DNA of 58,371 nt, from NCBI GenBank assembly GCA_050872805.1, contig JBNMHN010000001.1:1-58371 (forward strand). The letters are read 5' to 3'. A program made the translations under genes and the position numbers. The DNA comes from Clostridia bacterium. Its GTDB lineage: Bacteria > Bacillota > Clostridia > Christensenellales > UBA1242. Positions within the stretch are counted from its first letter, which is position 1. Each line of letters begins with the position of its first letter. A model generated the notes under the pieces. That model was not told the origin of the DNA. It saw nothing but the letters and a program-made list of their open reading frames with translations, and did no database searches. Below, in pieces: positions 7,431 through 17,864 of the stretch.

Positions 7431-7959
7431 AATCTCCCTCCTTGATGACTTTTTTTAGTTTTTTGAGCGCTTGTTGGTAGCGCCACGTGATTGTATTGAT
7501 GTTGCTGCCGAGCATTTCGGCGATTTCTCTTCTTTTGAAACCTTTGATTTGTGACAGGACAACGACTTCATATTCATCGGCGGACAAAATTTTCCTACAG
7601 TCGTCCAAGAGGCTTGCGCACGGGCGTGGGGTGGCGTTTTTGTCGCTGAGCGTGTTGATTAAGATTTCATCGTCGATGTCGGCGTGTGTCTTTTGCTTTT
7701 TCAGTATGTTGAGCGCTTTATTTTTCGCGATTGTGTATACATAATTGATGATGTTATAGTTGTCGACGTCGATATTATGCATACCTTTATATATTGCGAC
7801 GAACGCTTCTTGCACGGCGTCTTCCGCGAGGTCTTTTCGGCGCAGGACGCCGTATGCGACTGAGTACAGCAGTCGGTAGGTGCTGTTATAGAAGTCCTCG
7901 AATGCGGCGGCGCTGCCGTTTTGCATTGATTTCACTAGTGTGTTTAGTTTCTTTAGCAT
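7420..7959 (-). CDS. RNA polymerase sigma-70 family ECF-type sigma factor
   Basis: Region 2 (AEDAVQEAFVAIY) and region 4 HTH (REIAEMLGSNINTITWRYQQALKKLK). 179 aa. Confidence 0.85.
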   Translation of the reverse strand: MLKKLNTLVKSMQNGSAAAFEDFYNSTYRLLYSVAYGVLRRKDLAEDAVQEAFVAIYKGMHNIDVDNYNIINYVYTIAKNKALNILKKQKTHADIDDEILINTLSDKNATPRPCASLLDDCRKILSADEYEVVVLSQIKGFKRREIAEMLGSNINTITWRYQQALKKLKKVIKEGDYEL

Positions 7960-8035
7960 ATTTCATTGTTTCCAAAGTTTTCCTATATTGTACCACCTTT
8001 TCATTCAATATACAACCCTTTCCCCCTATTTTGTT

Positions 8036-8395
8036 GGTGGCGTACGCCACTGGTGCAGGTTTGGTGAGTGGCACAATACAAACGGGAGTACATAGTCAAC
8101 TAACTATGTACCTTCGTTTAAAGTAAGCCCCGCGGCTGCAAGTACTGTCACTACAAGCAAGTTGCTTTTGTTGACGGCGCATTTTTCTACTTTCTATTCA
8201 GTCTGTCTCTCGGTGCGACGGCGCACGGCTGCAGGTTTGGCGAGAGACACTATACGATGTTTGGGTACATAGTTAATAAACTTGGTGACTTCTTTCGCGG
8301 CGTATCACTGCCGCAGGTTTGGGCGGCATAGGCCGCGACTGCAGGTTTTGTTATGGGCGAAATTGCAATTTGACCGCGCCAGCACAAACAATCAC
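8036..8395 (-). repeat. intergenic mosaic repeat locus R2 (mostly inverted orientation)
   Basis: Hairpins GTGGCGTACGCCAC, GTGCGACGGCGCAC and GCGGCATAGGCCGC, each next to GCAGGTTTGG (the reverse of CCAAACCTGC). Palindrome GTACATAGTCAACTAACTATGTAC. One L unit at approx 8125-8215. TTTGACCGCGCCAGC at approx 8369-8383. Confidence 0.85.
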
Positions 8396-8425
8396 TGTTT
8401 TACCATAAAATACGTCCATATTCAC

Positions 8426-8463
8426 AAAAAGCGTACGGCAAAAAATGCTGTGCGCTTTTTGTT
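8426..8463. terminator. hairpin with flanking A/T runs downstream of the collagen-like gene
   Basis: AAAAAGCGTAC...GTGCGCTTTTT, an imperfect stem. Confidence 0.45.
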
Positions 8464-8508
8464 TTAATTATTAACACCTTTCATTTGTAGCGTAATTGCG
8501 CGCGGCAA

Positions 8509-9834
<1,326 letters not shown>

Positions 9835-9961
9835 ATCGTCTCCTATCACATATAATGTATCTATTTCATTTTATTACACCCGCCCGCGCTTTGTTACTGT
9901 TCCACCATTTTCCCGTACCTCCCATCATAAACTCAATATTTAGTACCTACACTATAAACCA

Positions 9962-9991
9962 CAAAAAAAAACTAGATTTTTGCATCTAGTC
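9962..9991 (-). terminator. intrinsic terminator overlapping the rsmA stop codon
   Basis: Minus strand reads ACTAGATGCAAAAATCTAGT followed by a T9 run. Confidence 0.65.
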
Positions 9992-10807
9992 TTTTTCATT
10001 TAAGTGGTTTTCGACGGCGACGGAAAGTTTAATATAGTCGTCGACGGACAATTTTTCGCCGCGCACTTGGTTTTTCAGCCCTGCCGCGGCAATGATTTGT
10101 TCCACTTCCGCTTTTTCAAGGTCAAAACCCATTTGCAGGCAGTTGTTTAGCGTTTTTCGGCGCCACATAAAGGCCGCTTTAACAACTTTTGCAAACATTT
10201 CACGATTTGGGATGTCGTATTTATTGAGGTTAATTTTCAAATTGACAACTGCGCTATCGACATTTGGTTGCGGGAAAAACATATTGCGGTTGACAATTCT
10301 TGTGACTGATATGTCGCACAAACTTTGCAGCATAACACTGACTGCACCATATTCTTTACTGCTTTCGCTTGCAGCAAAGCGTTCCGCAACTTCTTTTTGA
10401 ACCATTAATGTCATTGAAGAAATGTTGAATTTTTCTTCAAGCAAACGAAAAATGATTGGCGTAGTTATATAGTATGGCAAATTTGCGACTACTGCAAAAG
10501 TTTTGTCGAAGTGCGACTCAATTTCCGCCCTATCAATGCGCATAAAGTCACCAAAGATAAATTCGACGTTTGGATGATTGGCGCGCACAAGTTCGAGATA
10601 CGGTTTCAAGTCCTTGTCAATTTCTATTGAAACAACCTTTTCGGCTTTCTCCGCCAAAACTTCGGTGAGTGTTCCTGCCCCTGCGCCGATTTCCAAAACC
10701 TGCGTTTGCGCGTCGACGCCTGCGTCGTCCGCGATAGCGTTCAGCAAATTCTTGTCACTGATAAAGTTTTGCCCAAATTTTTTCTTGAAATCAAAATTAG
10801 TAATCAT
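9986..10807 (-). CDS. rsmA: 16S rRNA (adenine1518/1519-N6)-dimethyltransferase
   Basis: FGQNFxxD and EIGxGxGxLT motifs. The ATG at 10807 overlaps the upstream stop (ATGA). Confidence 0.9.
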   Translation of the reverse strand: MITNFDFKKKFGQNFISDKNLLNAIADDAGVDAQTQVLEIGAGAGTLTEVLAEKAEKVVSIEIDKDLKPYLELVRANHPNVEFIFGDFMRIDRAEIESHFDKTFAVVANLPYYITTPIIFRLLEEKFNISSMTLMVQKEVAERFAASESSKEYGAVSVMLQSLCDISVTRIVNRNMFFPQPNVDSAVVNLKINLNKYDIPNREMFAKVVKAAFMWRRKTLNNCLQMGFDLEKAEVEQIIAAAGLKNQVRGEKLSVDDYIKLSVAVENHLNEKD

Positions 10808-11421
10808 AGTTTTCCCTTTTCTTTGACTGCTTTGCAAATGACGTAACCTTTGTGTTTGTCCAAAACTTCGCAATTTCCGTATATGCTAGCAATCTTTTTC
10901 ATATATGTTTCAGCGCCCTGTTTTTTACGCAATACTGCATAAAATGCACCATTATCCCGCAATTTTTGGTAACTTTCCTCAAAAAATTGAAACAATATTG
11001 CGTTGCCGACGCGAATTGGCGGGTTTGTGATGACAAAGTCATAGTCGCATTTTTCAATCGCTTTTGCAACATCTGAAACTACCACATTTGCACTAATCCC
11101 GTTTTGCTCACAATTTTCTTTTGTGAGTGCGACGGCTCTTTCGTTAACGTCGCACGCGGTCATTTGCACGTCGCAATTTTTTGACAAAATGACGGTGATT
11201 GTGCCGTATCCGCAACCGAGGTCGAGCCCTGCGCCTGTGGGGTGTTCCATTTCGATGACTGTTTTCAGCAAAAACAAAGTTCCGTCGTCAAGTTTGCTTT
11301 TGGAAAACACGCCGTCTTGAGACTTAAATTTGTAAGTTTGTCCAAAAAAATCTTCCGTTATCAAATGCTCTTTATGTTCGCGATTATCATTTGTGAAATA
11401 GTGATTGAATTGTTTTTCCAT
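10804..11421 (-). CDS. class I SAM-dependent methyltransferase, RsmC/YbxB-like (MTS small domain)
   Basis: DLGCGYGxI and the NPP(I/F) motif (ITNPPIRVG). Translationally coupled on both sides. Confidence 0.8.
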   Translation of the reverse strand: MEKQFNHYFTNDNREHKEHLITEDFFGQTYKFKSQDGVFSKSKLDDGTLFLLKTVIEMEHPTGAGLDLGCGYGTITVILSKNCDVQMTACDVNERAVALTKENCEQNGISANVVVSDVAKAIEKCDYDFVITNPPIRVGNAILFQFFEESYQKLRDNGAFYAVLRKKQGAETYMKKIASIYGNCEVLDKHKGYVICKAVKEKGKL

Positions 11422-12104
11422 TATTTGTCCTTTATATTCTCTATTTGCCAGTCAATTGGCGCTTTGCCGAGTTGTTTCAAGATTTCGTTTGTTTTTGAAA
11501 AGTGTTTGCATCCAAAAAATCCGCTGCTTGCTGAAAGTGGGCTTGGGTGCGCGGCGGTCAAAACAAAGTGTTTTGATGTGTCGATGTTTTTCGCAAGCGC
11601 TTTTGCGTTGTTGCCCCACAAAAGGAATATGACGGGGTCGTCGCGCTGGTTTAATAATTCCAAAACCTTGCCAACGATATTTTCCCACCCCATTCCTTGG
11701 TGAGAGTTCGCTTGCCCTTGGCGGACGGTCAACACGCTGTTTAGCAGCAGCACGCCTTGCTTTGCCCACTTTGTTAAGTCGCCGTTGTCGGGTATATAGC
11801 ACCCGCAATCGTCGCGCAACTCTTTGTATATGTTTTGCAGACTTCGCGGAATTTCCACATCGGGCTGAACCGAAAAGCAAAGCCCGTTTGCTTGATTTGG
11901 CTGGTGGTAAGGGTCTTGCCCGATTATGACAACTTTGACGTCGTTATATGGCACACAATTTAGCGCGTTGAACACGTTTTCGGGCTTTGGGTAAATGATG
12001 TGGCTTTGGTACTCCATTGTCAAGAAGCGCGTCAATTTTTTGTAGTAATCTTTGTTAAACTCGTCTTTTAAAAGTTCAAACCACGATTGTCTTATTGGAA
12101 ACAT
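11421..12104 (-). CDS. ung: uracil-DNA glycosylase
   Basis: GQDPYH and HPSPLSA motifs. ATG at 12104 preceded by GGAG. The longer ORF-track start is unsupported. Confidence 0.9.
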   Translation of the reverse strand: MFPIRQSWFELLKDEFNKDYYKKLTRFLTMEYQSHIIYPKPENVFNALNCVPYNDVKVVIIGQDPYHQPNQANGLCFSVQPDVEIPRSLQNIYKELRDDCGCYIPDNGDLTKWAKQGVLLLNSVLTVRQGQANSHQGMGWENIVGKVLELLNQRDDPVIFLLWGNNAKALAKNIDTSKHFVLTAAHPSPLSASSGFFGCKHFSKTNEILKQLGKAPIDWQIENIKDK

Positions 12105-12126
12105 TCTTTCTCCTTTGTAATAATTT

Positions 12127-14412
12127 TTAAGTGCCTTGCGGGTCGGCGGCAACGATTGTCAAAGTGCCGCTAACACACGTAATATCATAATTGGCGCTAT
12201 TTTTTGTGATTGTAATTGTTATTTTGTGCGTGCCGACTGAAGTTTCGCTGCAAGCAAGTTTAAACTGAATATCGTCATTCAAAATACTGTCGCCTGAAAT
12301 TTCATATTTAAAATCTGGCGTTTTCCCCTCAACAATTTCAAGGTCTGTTGCCGTAATTGTAAGCACGCGTTTTGTGATTACAAGCGTTCCTTTTGAAAAC
12401 TCAATTTCGTAGTTTGGGACTTCGGCTTTCAATGCTGCGGTTATGTTGTATTCGCCTACGTCGTTTTCCCACGGTATGTTGAATGTAACATTGCTCAAAA
12501 TGTCGATATTTTCAATGTTCGGGTCGCTTTTTTTCTCGTTCAAAACACACGATATGCTTGACGTGTCGGGACTTTGGTAATATATCATAGATAATGAACC
12601 TATATCATAGTATAAATACCTTTTTCTAATTGTCAAAACGCCTGTTTCGGTCGAAATAGTGTAGTTTTTGTCCTCGGTGGTGACTTCAAGCGAAACCGTG
12701 TAATTGCCAACATCGGTACCCTCAGGGCGTGTGAAATTGAACTTTAATTTGTGGTCGTCCTTTAATCCATCGCCCGCGGAATCAATAGTATAAGTATAAT
12801 TTGGCTCAGGGTCTGCATACGGAATTGTCACATCATCTACTTTGAGCGTAACAAGCGCGGGAGTAATTTTAAATTCCGCATTTTCTGTTTTTACATTGTA
12901 GTTGTTTTTTTCTTGAGAAAAGTGAGGAGTAATTGCATATATCCCAACATCCTCGCCCTCTCCACGTGTAAGTGTTACCTGTATTTCGCTTGTGAAAGGA
13001 ACGTCATAGTATTCCAAATCAAATAAGTACGTAAATTCTGGGTCTGCTTGTCCATAGCGCTTTGCTGCATTCTCCGCAAGCAAACAAATGTCACGTTGTT
13101 TAATTGTGAGAGTCCCTTTGACAACATTCAAGCGGTAATTCTTGAGGTCGACATCACACACCGCATTGATTGCGTACTTGCCCGCGTCCTCGCCCTCCTC
13201 GCGAACTAGATTAATCCCAATCGTGTCGTCGTAAAACAATTTAGTGTGGTCAGCAGTGTTTTGCGAATTGTACAATGAGTATGAATACTCAGGTTCGTCA
13301 TACTTATACTTCTTTTCAGCATTTGCGACAGTAACTGTTAGCGTTGCTTGCCAAACATTAACTCTTGCGTTGTTGTATGTCAGTTCATAATCATTAGTTG
13401 TTGCGGTGCAATCCAAGTTGTATAGCCCCGCATCGTGCATATCCTCAGGATATGTAATGCTAATACCCAAATCTTCCATAGTATCGTCGTTTTTCAGCCC
13501 GACAACACTATAACTAATTGCGCTCGGCGTGCATCCATAATAGAATGACGAAACACTAACATTGACTTGCACGCTTGCTTTGCGAATATAAAAGTTACCC
13601 TCAATAAACTTTACATCATAATTTGTGGCATTTTCGCCACTTGCGACAAACTTTTGAGATTCGATTATTTTATAATTGCCCGCGCTTTCGCCAACCTCGC
13701 GCGCAAGGTCGCCCGTGATTACGACGCCTTCGTCATAGATTTGCCCTTCAATTCGCTTTGTGAGTGCGACATCACTTGCGCCGTAAATTTTTTCTTTGTT
13801 ATCCGCTTTGACTTCAATCGTTTGTGGTTGGACGACAAGCGTAACTATACTTTCGCCGACATAATTTGCCGTGTTCACGGACGCTTTGACCGTATAAGTG
13901 CCAGCGTCAGTTGGCGGCGTGGTTGTTGCGACGCTTTCGCCTTGTTTTAGATACTCATAGACGACATTATCGTAGTCGTTTGTGACCTCGACCGCTTGCG
14001 GCGCGGCGTTGTATGTGCGCGTTATGACACCATTGATTGCTTCGCCAAAGCGCAGGTTGAGTGACCCCGTTGTGATTTCAAATGTCACGGACTTTGTTAT
14101 GTTGCCGTCAAGTGCACGCGCAAAAATTGTTATGCGCCCAGCGCCTAACGTTTCGACAGAAATAAGCGTATCACTGATTTCCTCGATTTTTATTAAGTCG
14201 TTTCGCGGCGTCCACCACTCGACGCGCTTGTCGGAAGCCGTTTCAGGCTTGAAAATAACCTGCAATTCAAACGTTTCGCCAACAACGACCGTTTGCGACG
14301 GCAGTCCCTCAATTTCAATGTCGTCGAGCGAAACTTCGTTGCAACCGACAAACATCAAACTTGCAAAGAATACTGCTAGACTCAATCCAAAGTATTTAAC
14401 AAAATTTTTCAT
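12127..14412 (-). CDS. surface lipoprotein with a Big_2-like domain and multiple MBG (YDG/YGX-type) repeats
   Basis: Lipobox LMFVGC. Repeated KxYGxxDP...LxRxxGExxGxYxI units. Confidence 0.75.
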   Translation of the reverse strand: MKNFVKYFGLSLAVFFASLMFVGCNEVSLDDIEIEGLPSQTVVVGETFELQVIFKPETASDKRVEWWTPRNDLIKIEEISDTLISVETLGAGRITIFARALDGNITKSVTFEITTGSLNLRFGEAINGVITRTYNAAPQAVEVTNDYDNVVYEYLKQGESVATTTPPTDAGTYTVKASVNTANYVGESIVTLVVQPQTIEVKADNKEKIYGASDVALTKRIEGQIYDEGVVITGDLAREVGESAGNYKIIESQKFVASGENATNYDVKFIEGNFYIRKASVQVNVSVSSFYYGCTPSAISYSVVGLKNDDTMEDLGISITYPEDMHDAGLYNLDCTATTNDYELTYNNARVNVWQATLTVTVANAEKKYKYDEPEYSYSLYNSQNTADHTKLFYDDTIGINLVREEGEDAGKYAINAVCDVDLKNYRLNVVKGTLTIKQRDICLLAENAAKRYGQADPEFTYLFDLEYYDVPFTSEIQVTLTRGEGEDVGIYAITPHFSQEKNNYNVKTENAEFKITPALVTLKVDDVTIPYADPEPNYTYTIDSAGDGLKDDHKLKFNFTRPEGTDVGNYTVSLEVTTEDKNYTISTETGVLTIRKRYLYYDIGSLSMIYYQSPDTSSISCVLNEKKSDPNIENIDILSNVTFNIPWENDVGEYNITAALKAEVPNYEIEFSKGTLVITKRVLTITATDLEIVEGKTPDFKYEISGDSILNDDIQFKLACSETSVGTHKITITITKNSANYDITCVSGTLTIVAADPQGT

Positions 14413-14647
14413 TTGCGTCCACCCAAAATTTATTTACTTTAGTATACCACAAAAATGACTTTATTTGCAAACATTTTGTATGTTTTTACCTCTATATTCA
14501 TTTGACATTTTTTTGTTAAAATGATAAAATTTACAATTAAAATCACCCAGCAATTTACAATTTTTTTTACTTTTCTTTGACAAGTTAAAAACTTAGTGAT
14601 TTTAATACTATTATTCATTTTGCAAATAATATCACAAAGGAGAAATT

Positions 14648-16720
14648 ATGAGAATAAGAAACATTGCTCTGTTAATTGCTAGTTGCTTTGCAATTGCGCT
14701 GTTTTGCGTGGGCGGACAAACTTTGAACTTTAGCGTGTCGGCCGACGATCAGCCAACTTACACAAAAGTTGCAACTCTTGACGAACTCAACACCTCTATC
14801 ACAAATGGTCAATACAACATTGAAATTACAAATACAATAACGGTAAATGCAAACTTAAATCTCTCAAATATAAATTTTTATCTTAATCCTGACAACACAA
14901 AAACGTGTTTTACACTTGATAATTCGACTCTCAATCTTGAAAACTGCACTATCAAAGCAAATTTGACGCCAGAGTTTACCTACGACGATAGAGAGCGTCC
15001 AACAGCGGTTGATACGACAAGTGTCAAGTACTCATTTGTCAACGGCAAAGGCAACTTGACAACAACTAATTGCGAATTTAGCAACATTATCTTCAATAGT
15101 TCGTCGCAATTGATTAATATTTCAGGCACAACTGATGCGCCATATGAAATCAATTTCTTGAACACGCGCTTTGCAAACCTTTCTAGCAACGGCAACTTGA
15201 TTCGCGCGGTTTACACGGCTGTCAACTTTGGCACAAGTGAAAAGACTCAAAAATGCACTGTTGAAAACATCTTTTGCCAAGGCAATGGCGCATTTGTTCT
15301 TGAACAAAACAGCAACATCAACCTTTATGCGATTGACGTGCTGAATTGCAAGTTTAGAGGAAACGGTTTTTTCTCAGTAAACTACAAAGGAATTATCAAC
15401 TTTTATAGCGGTCTTATGCAAAACAACACTGGCTACCCACGAAGTGGCGGCTCGTGGGGTACACTCATTCACCTTTATGACGGAACAAAGTTCAATATGT
15501 ACAATGGCGAAATCTCCAGCAATGTCGGCTACTGGGCAATCATCGGCACGGGCCGCACGGGACTTGACATTCGTATTGTCGCTGGAAGAATTGCAGACAA
15601 CACGGGGCTTGACGGCACATTTGAAACGGTCGAAGGCACTTTGGAAATTGAAAAGGATGCCACAATCATCGGTGATGTTTACAACTCAGGCAGTTCGATG
15701 AAAAATTCGGGAACAATCAAAGGAAACATCACAATTGAGGACGGCTCAGATACAAGCCCAACTATTGTTGAAAACGATGGTAACATTGAAGGTAACGTCA
15801 CAATCAAAAATGGTACTTTCAACAACAAAGGTACAATGAAAGGAAAAATTGACTTTGAAATTTCTACTAACAGTAAAGATGAACCTATTGAAACAAATGG
15901 TTCACTCACAAACAGTGGCACAATGGATGCTGAAATCAATATGAAGCACGGCACAATCGTCAATGACGGGGAATTGCGCGGCAATGTCACTGTTGATAAT
16001 GGCAACATCACAAACAACAAAGACTTTTATGCTGACACAACATTAAATGACGGCACAATGACAAACGACGGCACGGCTTACGGCAAAACAACTGTAAACG
16101 GCGGCGAAGTTGTCAACAACAATAACTATAAAGGCGACATTACTGTTAGTGGGGGCACATTCACAAACAATGAAGAATGCAACTCAAATGTGACGGTTGA
16201 TAGCGGCACATTTAACAACAACAAAAACGTCACAGGCGAAGTTACAAGCAATGGTGGAACTTTCTCAAATGGTAAAGACGCGACTATCACGGGCAAAGTC
16301 ACGCTTGATGGCGGAAATATTACTAACAACGGCAAGGTTGACGGCGACATTGACGCAAAGAATGGCTTGTTTGACAACATCAACCAAATTTTTGGTAAAA
16401 TCACCGCGTCGGGCGGAACATTCATTAACGGCGGAAAAATTGCAGGCGATGTCACCTCCAAAGGCGGTGCAGCAGTTACAAACAACGGCACTATCAATGG
16501 TAAGATTTCGGGCAAAATCACAAACAATGGAACGGTCAATGAACCGACTGATTTCACGTGGGTGTATTTTGCTGGTAGCGCGATACTAATTTTGATTATC
16601 GCAATTATTGTAGCAATGGTAGTTGTATCAAATAGAAAGCACAAAAAGCCTGCGTCTATTCAAATAGACAAGTCAGTTTTAGAAAAGACTTTGCGCGACA
16701 AGCAAAAAAATGACGACTAA
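14648..16720 (+). CDS. surface protein with beta-helix-like N-terminal region, Gly/Asn/Thr-rich short repeats and a C-terminal TM anchor
   Basis: Signal peptide. Many NGGTFxNxGxxxGxV-type repeats. C-terminal hydrophobic segment followed by RKHKK. RBS AGGAG. Confidence 0.75.
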   Translation: MRIRNIALLIASCFAIALFCVGGQTLNFSVSADDQPTYTKVATLDELNTSITNGQYNIEITNTITVNANLNLSNINFYLNPDNTKTCFTLDNSTLNLENCTIKANLTPEFTYDDRERPTAVDTTSVKYSFVNGKGNLTTTNCEFSNIIFNSSSQLINISGTTDAPYEINFLNTRFANLSSNGNLIRAVYTAVNFGTSEKTQKCTVENIFCQGNGAFVLEQNSNINLYAIDVLNCKFRGNGFFSVNYKGIINFYSGLMQNNTGYPRSGGSWGTLIHLYDGTKFNMYNGEISSNVGYWAIIGTGRTGLDIRIVAGRIADNTGLDGTFETVEGTLEIEKDATIIGDVYNSGSSMKNSGTIKGNITIEDGSDTSPTIVENDGNIEGNVTIKNGTFNNKGTMKGKIDFEISTNSKDEPIETNGSLTNSGTMDAEINMKHGTIVNDGELRGNVTVDNGNITNNKDFYADTTLNDGTMTNDGTAYGKTTVNGGEVVNNNNYKGDITVSGGTFTNNEECNSNVTVDSGTFNNNKNVTGEVTSNGGTFSNGKDATITGKVTLDGGNITNNGKVDGDIDAKNGLFDNINQIFGKITASGGTFINGGKIAGDVTSKGGAAVTNNGTINGKISGKITNNGTVNEPTDFTWVYFAGSAILILIIAIIVAMVVVSNRKHKKPASIQIDKSVLEKTLRDKQKNDD

Positions 16721-16807
16721 AGTCGAATTAGGTTTATAATTTGTAAATTTAAATTAATAAATTTTACTCAATAAACATAATTTCAATGAAAATAATCTAT
16801 TGATAAT

Positions 16808-16855
16808 AAAAACAGTTATCCACAAAAGTTTAGTTTTTGTGGATAACTGTTTTTT
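16808..16855. terminator. bidirectional terminator whose arms are perfect DnaA boxes
   Basis: AAAAACAGTTATCCACAAAAG / TTTTTGTGGATAACTGTTTTT. TTATCCACA at 16816-16824 and TGTGGATAA at 16838-16846. Lies between convergent genes. Confidence 0.7.
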
Positions 16856-17597
16856 AAAATGCACCATACATTCCCCCGTCGATGCGGATGACTTCATTAT
16901 TGATAAAGTCGGCCTTATTTGAGGCGAGGAACAAGACAAGGTTTGCGACGTCCTGTTCCGTGCCTGCTCTATGCAAGAATATTTTTTCTTCTTCCGATTT
17001 TATAAATTCTTCGCTCATATCTTTGACTTCGCTTTGCGTGGCAATAAATCCGGGCGCAATAGCGTTTACATTTACATAGGGCGCAAACTGCATTGCGAGG
17101 TTGTGCGTCAGCGAAATTATTCCCGCTTTGGATGCGTCGTAGTCAAAGCACATTGGGTAATAAGTGTTAATGCCGTTTGTGCTTGCAATATTGATAATTT
17201 TTCCGCATTTTTTCTCAAGCATAAACTCCCCAACTGTTTTGCTGACGATAAATGTGCCGACCAAGTTCACATCCAGCACACGCTTGAAGTCGTCTATGCT
17301 TTTGTCGCGGAACAGTGTGTCGATTGCGATGCTTGCATTGTTCACTAAGACGTCGATTTGCCCAAATTGTTTGATTGTTTGGTAGACGGAGTCTTTGACT
17401 TGCTGTTCGCACGCAATGTCGCATTGAAAGGTCAAACATTTGTGACCTAATTTTTCGATTTCGGCTTTGACTTCGTTTGCGAGCGCTTCATTTTCATAGT
17501 ATGTGAGCGCGACGTCAAATCCGTTTTTGGCAAACTCTATGGCGGTTGTTTTCCCTATTCCGCGGCTTGCCCCTGTTATAAACACTACTTTATTCAT
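16854..17597 (-). CDS. SDR family oxidoreductase (3-oxoacyl-ACP reductase FabG-like)
   Basis: TGASRGIG, NNAS and YxASK motifs. Confidence 0.85.
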   Translation of the reverse strand: MNKVVFITGASRGIGKTTAIEFAKNGFDVALTYYENEALANEVKAEIEKLGHKCLTFQCDIACEQQVKDSVYQTIKQFGQIDVLVNNASIAIDTLFRDKSIDDFKRVLDVNLVGTFIVSKTVGEFMLEKKCGKIINIASTNGINTYYPMCFDYDASKAGIISLTHNLAMQFAPYVNVNAIAPGFIATQSEVKDMSEEFIKSEEEKIFLHRAGTEQDVANLVLFLASNKADFINNEVIRIDGGMYGAF

Positions 17598-17606
17598 TCA
17601 TTCTCC

Positions 17607-17760
17607 CTGCGGGGATAGCCCCGCGGCTGGTGCGATAGCGCACGGCTGTGATTGCTGTCTGTACGCGTCATCTACTTTCGTGGACGGCGTACTTTCCCTT
17701 TTTTTATATACTTTAATCCTCGGTGCGAAAGCGCACTGCTGTGGTTACTATCATTACGCT
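17607..17760 (-). repeat. intergenic mosaic repeat locus R3
   Basis: GCGGGGATAGCCCCGC, then GTGCGATAGCGCAC, then a degenerate L unit (GGACGGCG...), then GTGCGAAAGCGCAC. The first hairpin abuts the SD of the SDR gene. Confidence 0.8.
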
Positions 17761-17864
17761 TGATTAAATTATTCTTTTAATTAAAGGCAAATACCTTGCA
17801 ATTTTATAATGTCGTCTTATAAATAACGCTTTTGCAGAAATGCAAAAGCGTTGTGAATGGTACA

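Noticed and set aside
9835-9985. Sporulation sigma-K-type promoter upstream of the collagen-like gene
   Set aside because: Only a loose CATTATAT resemblance to the CATA---TA -10 element was seen. That is not enough to call.
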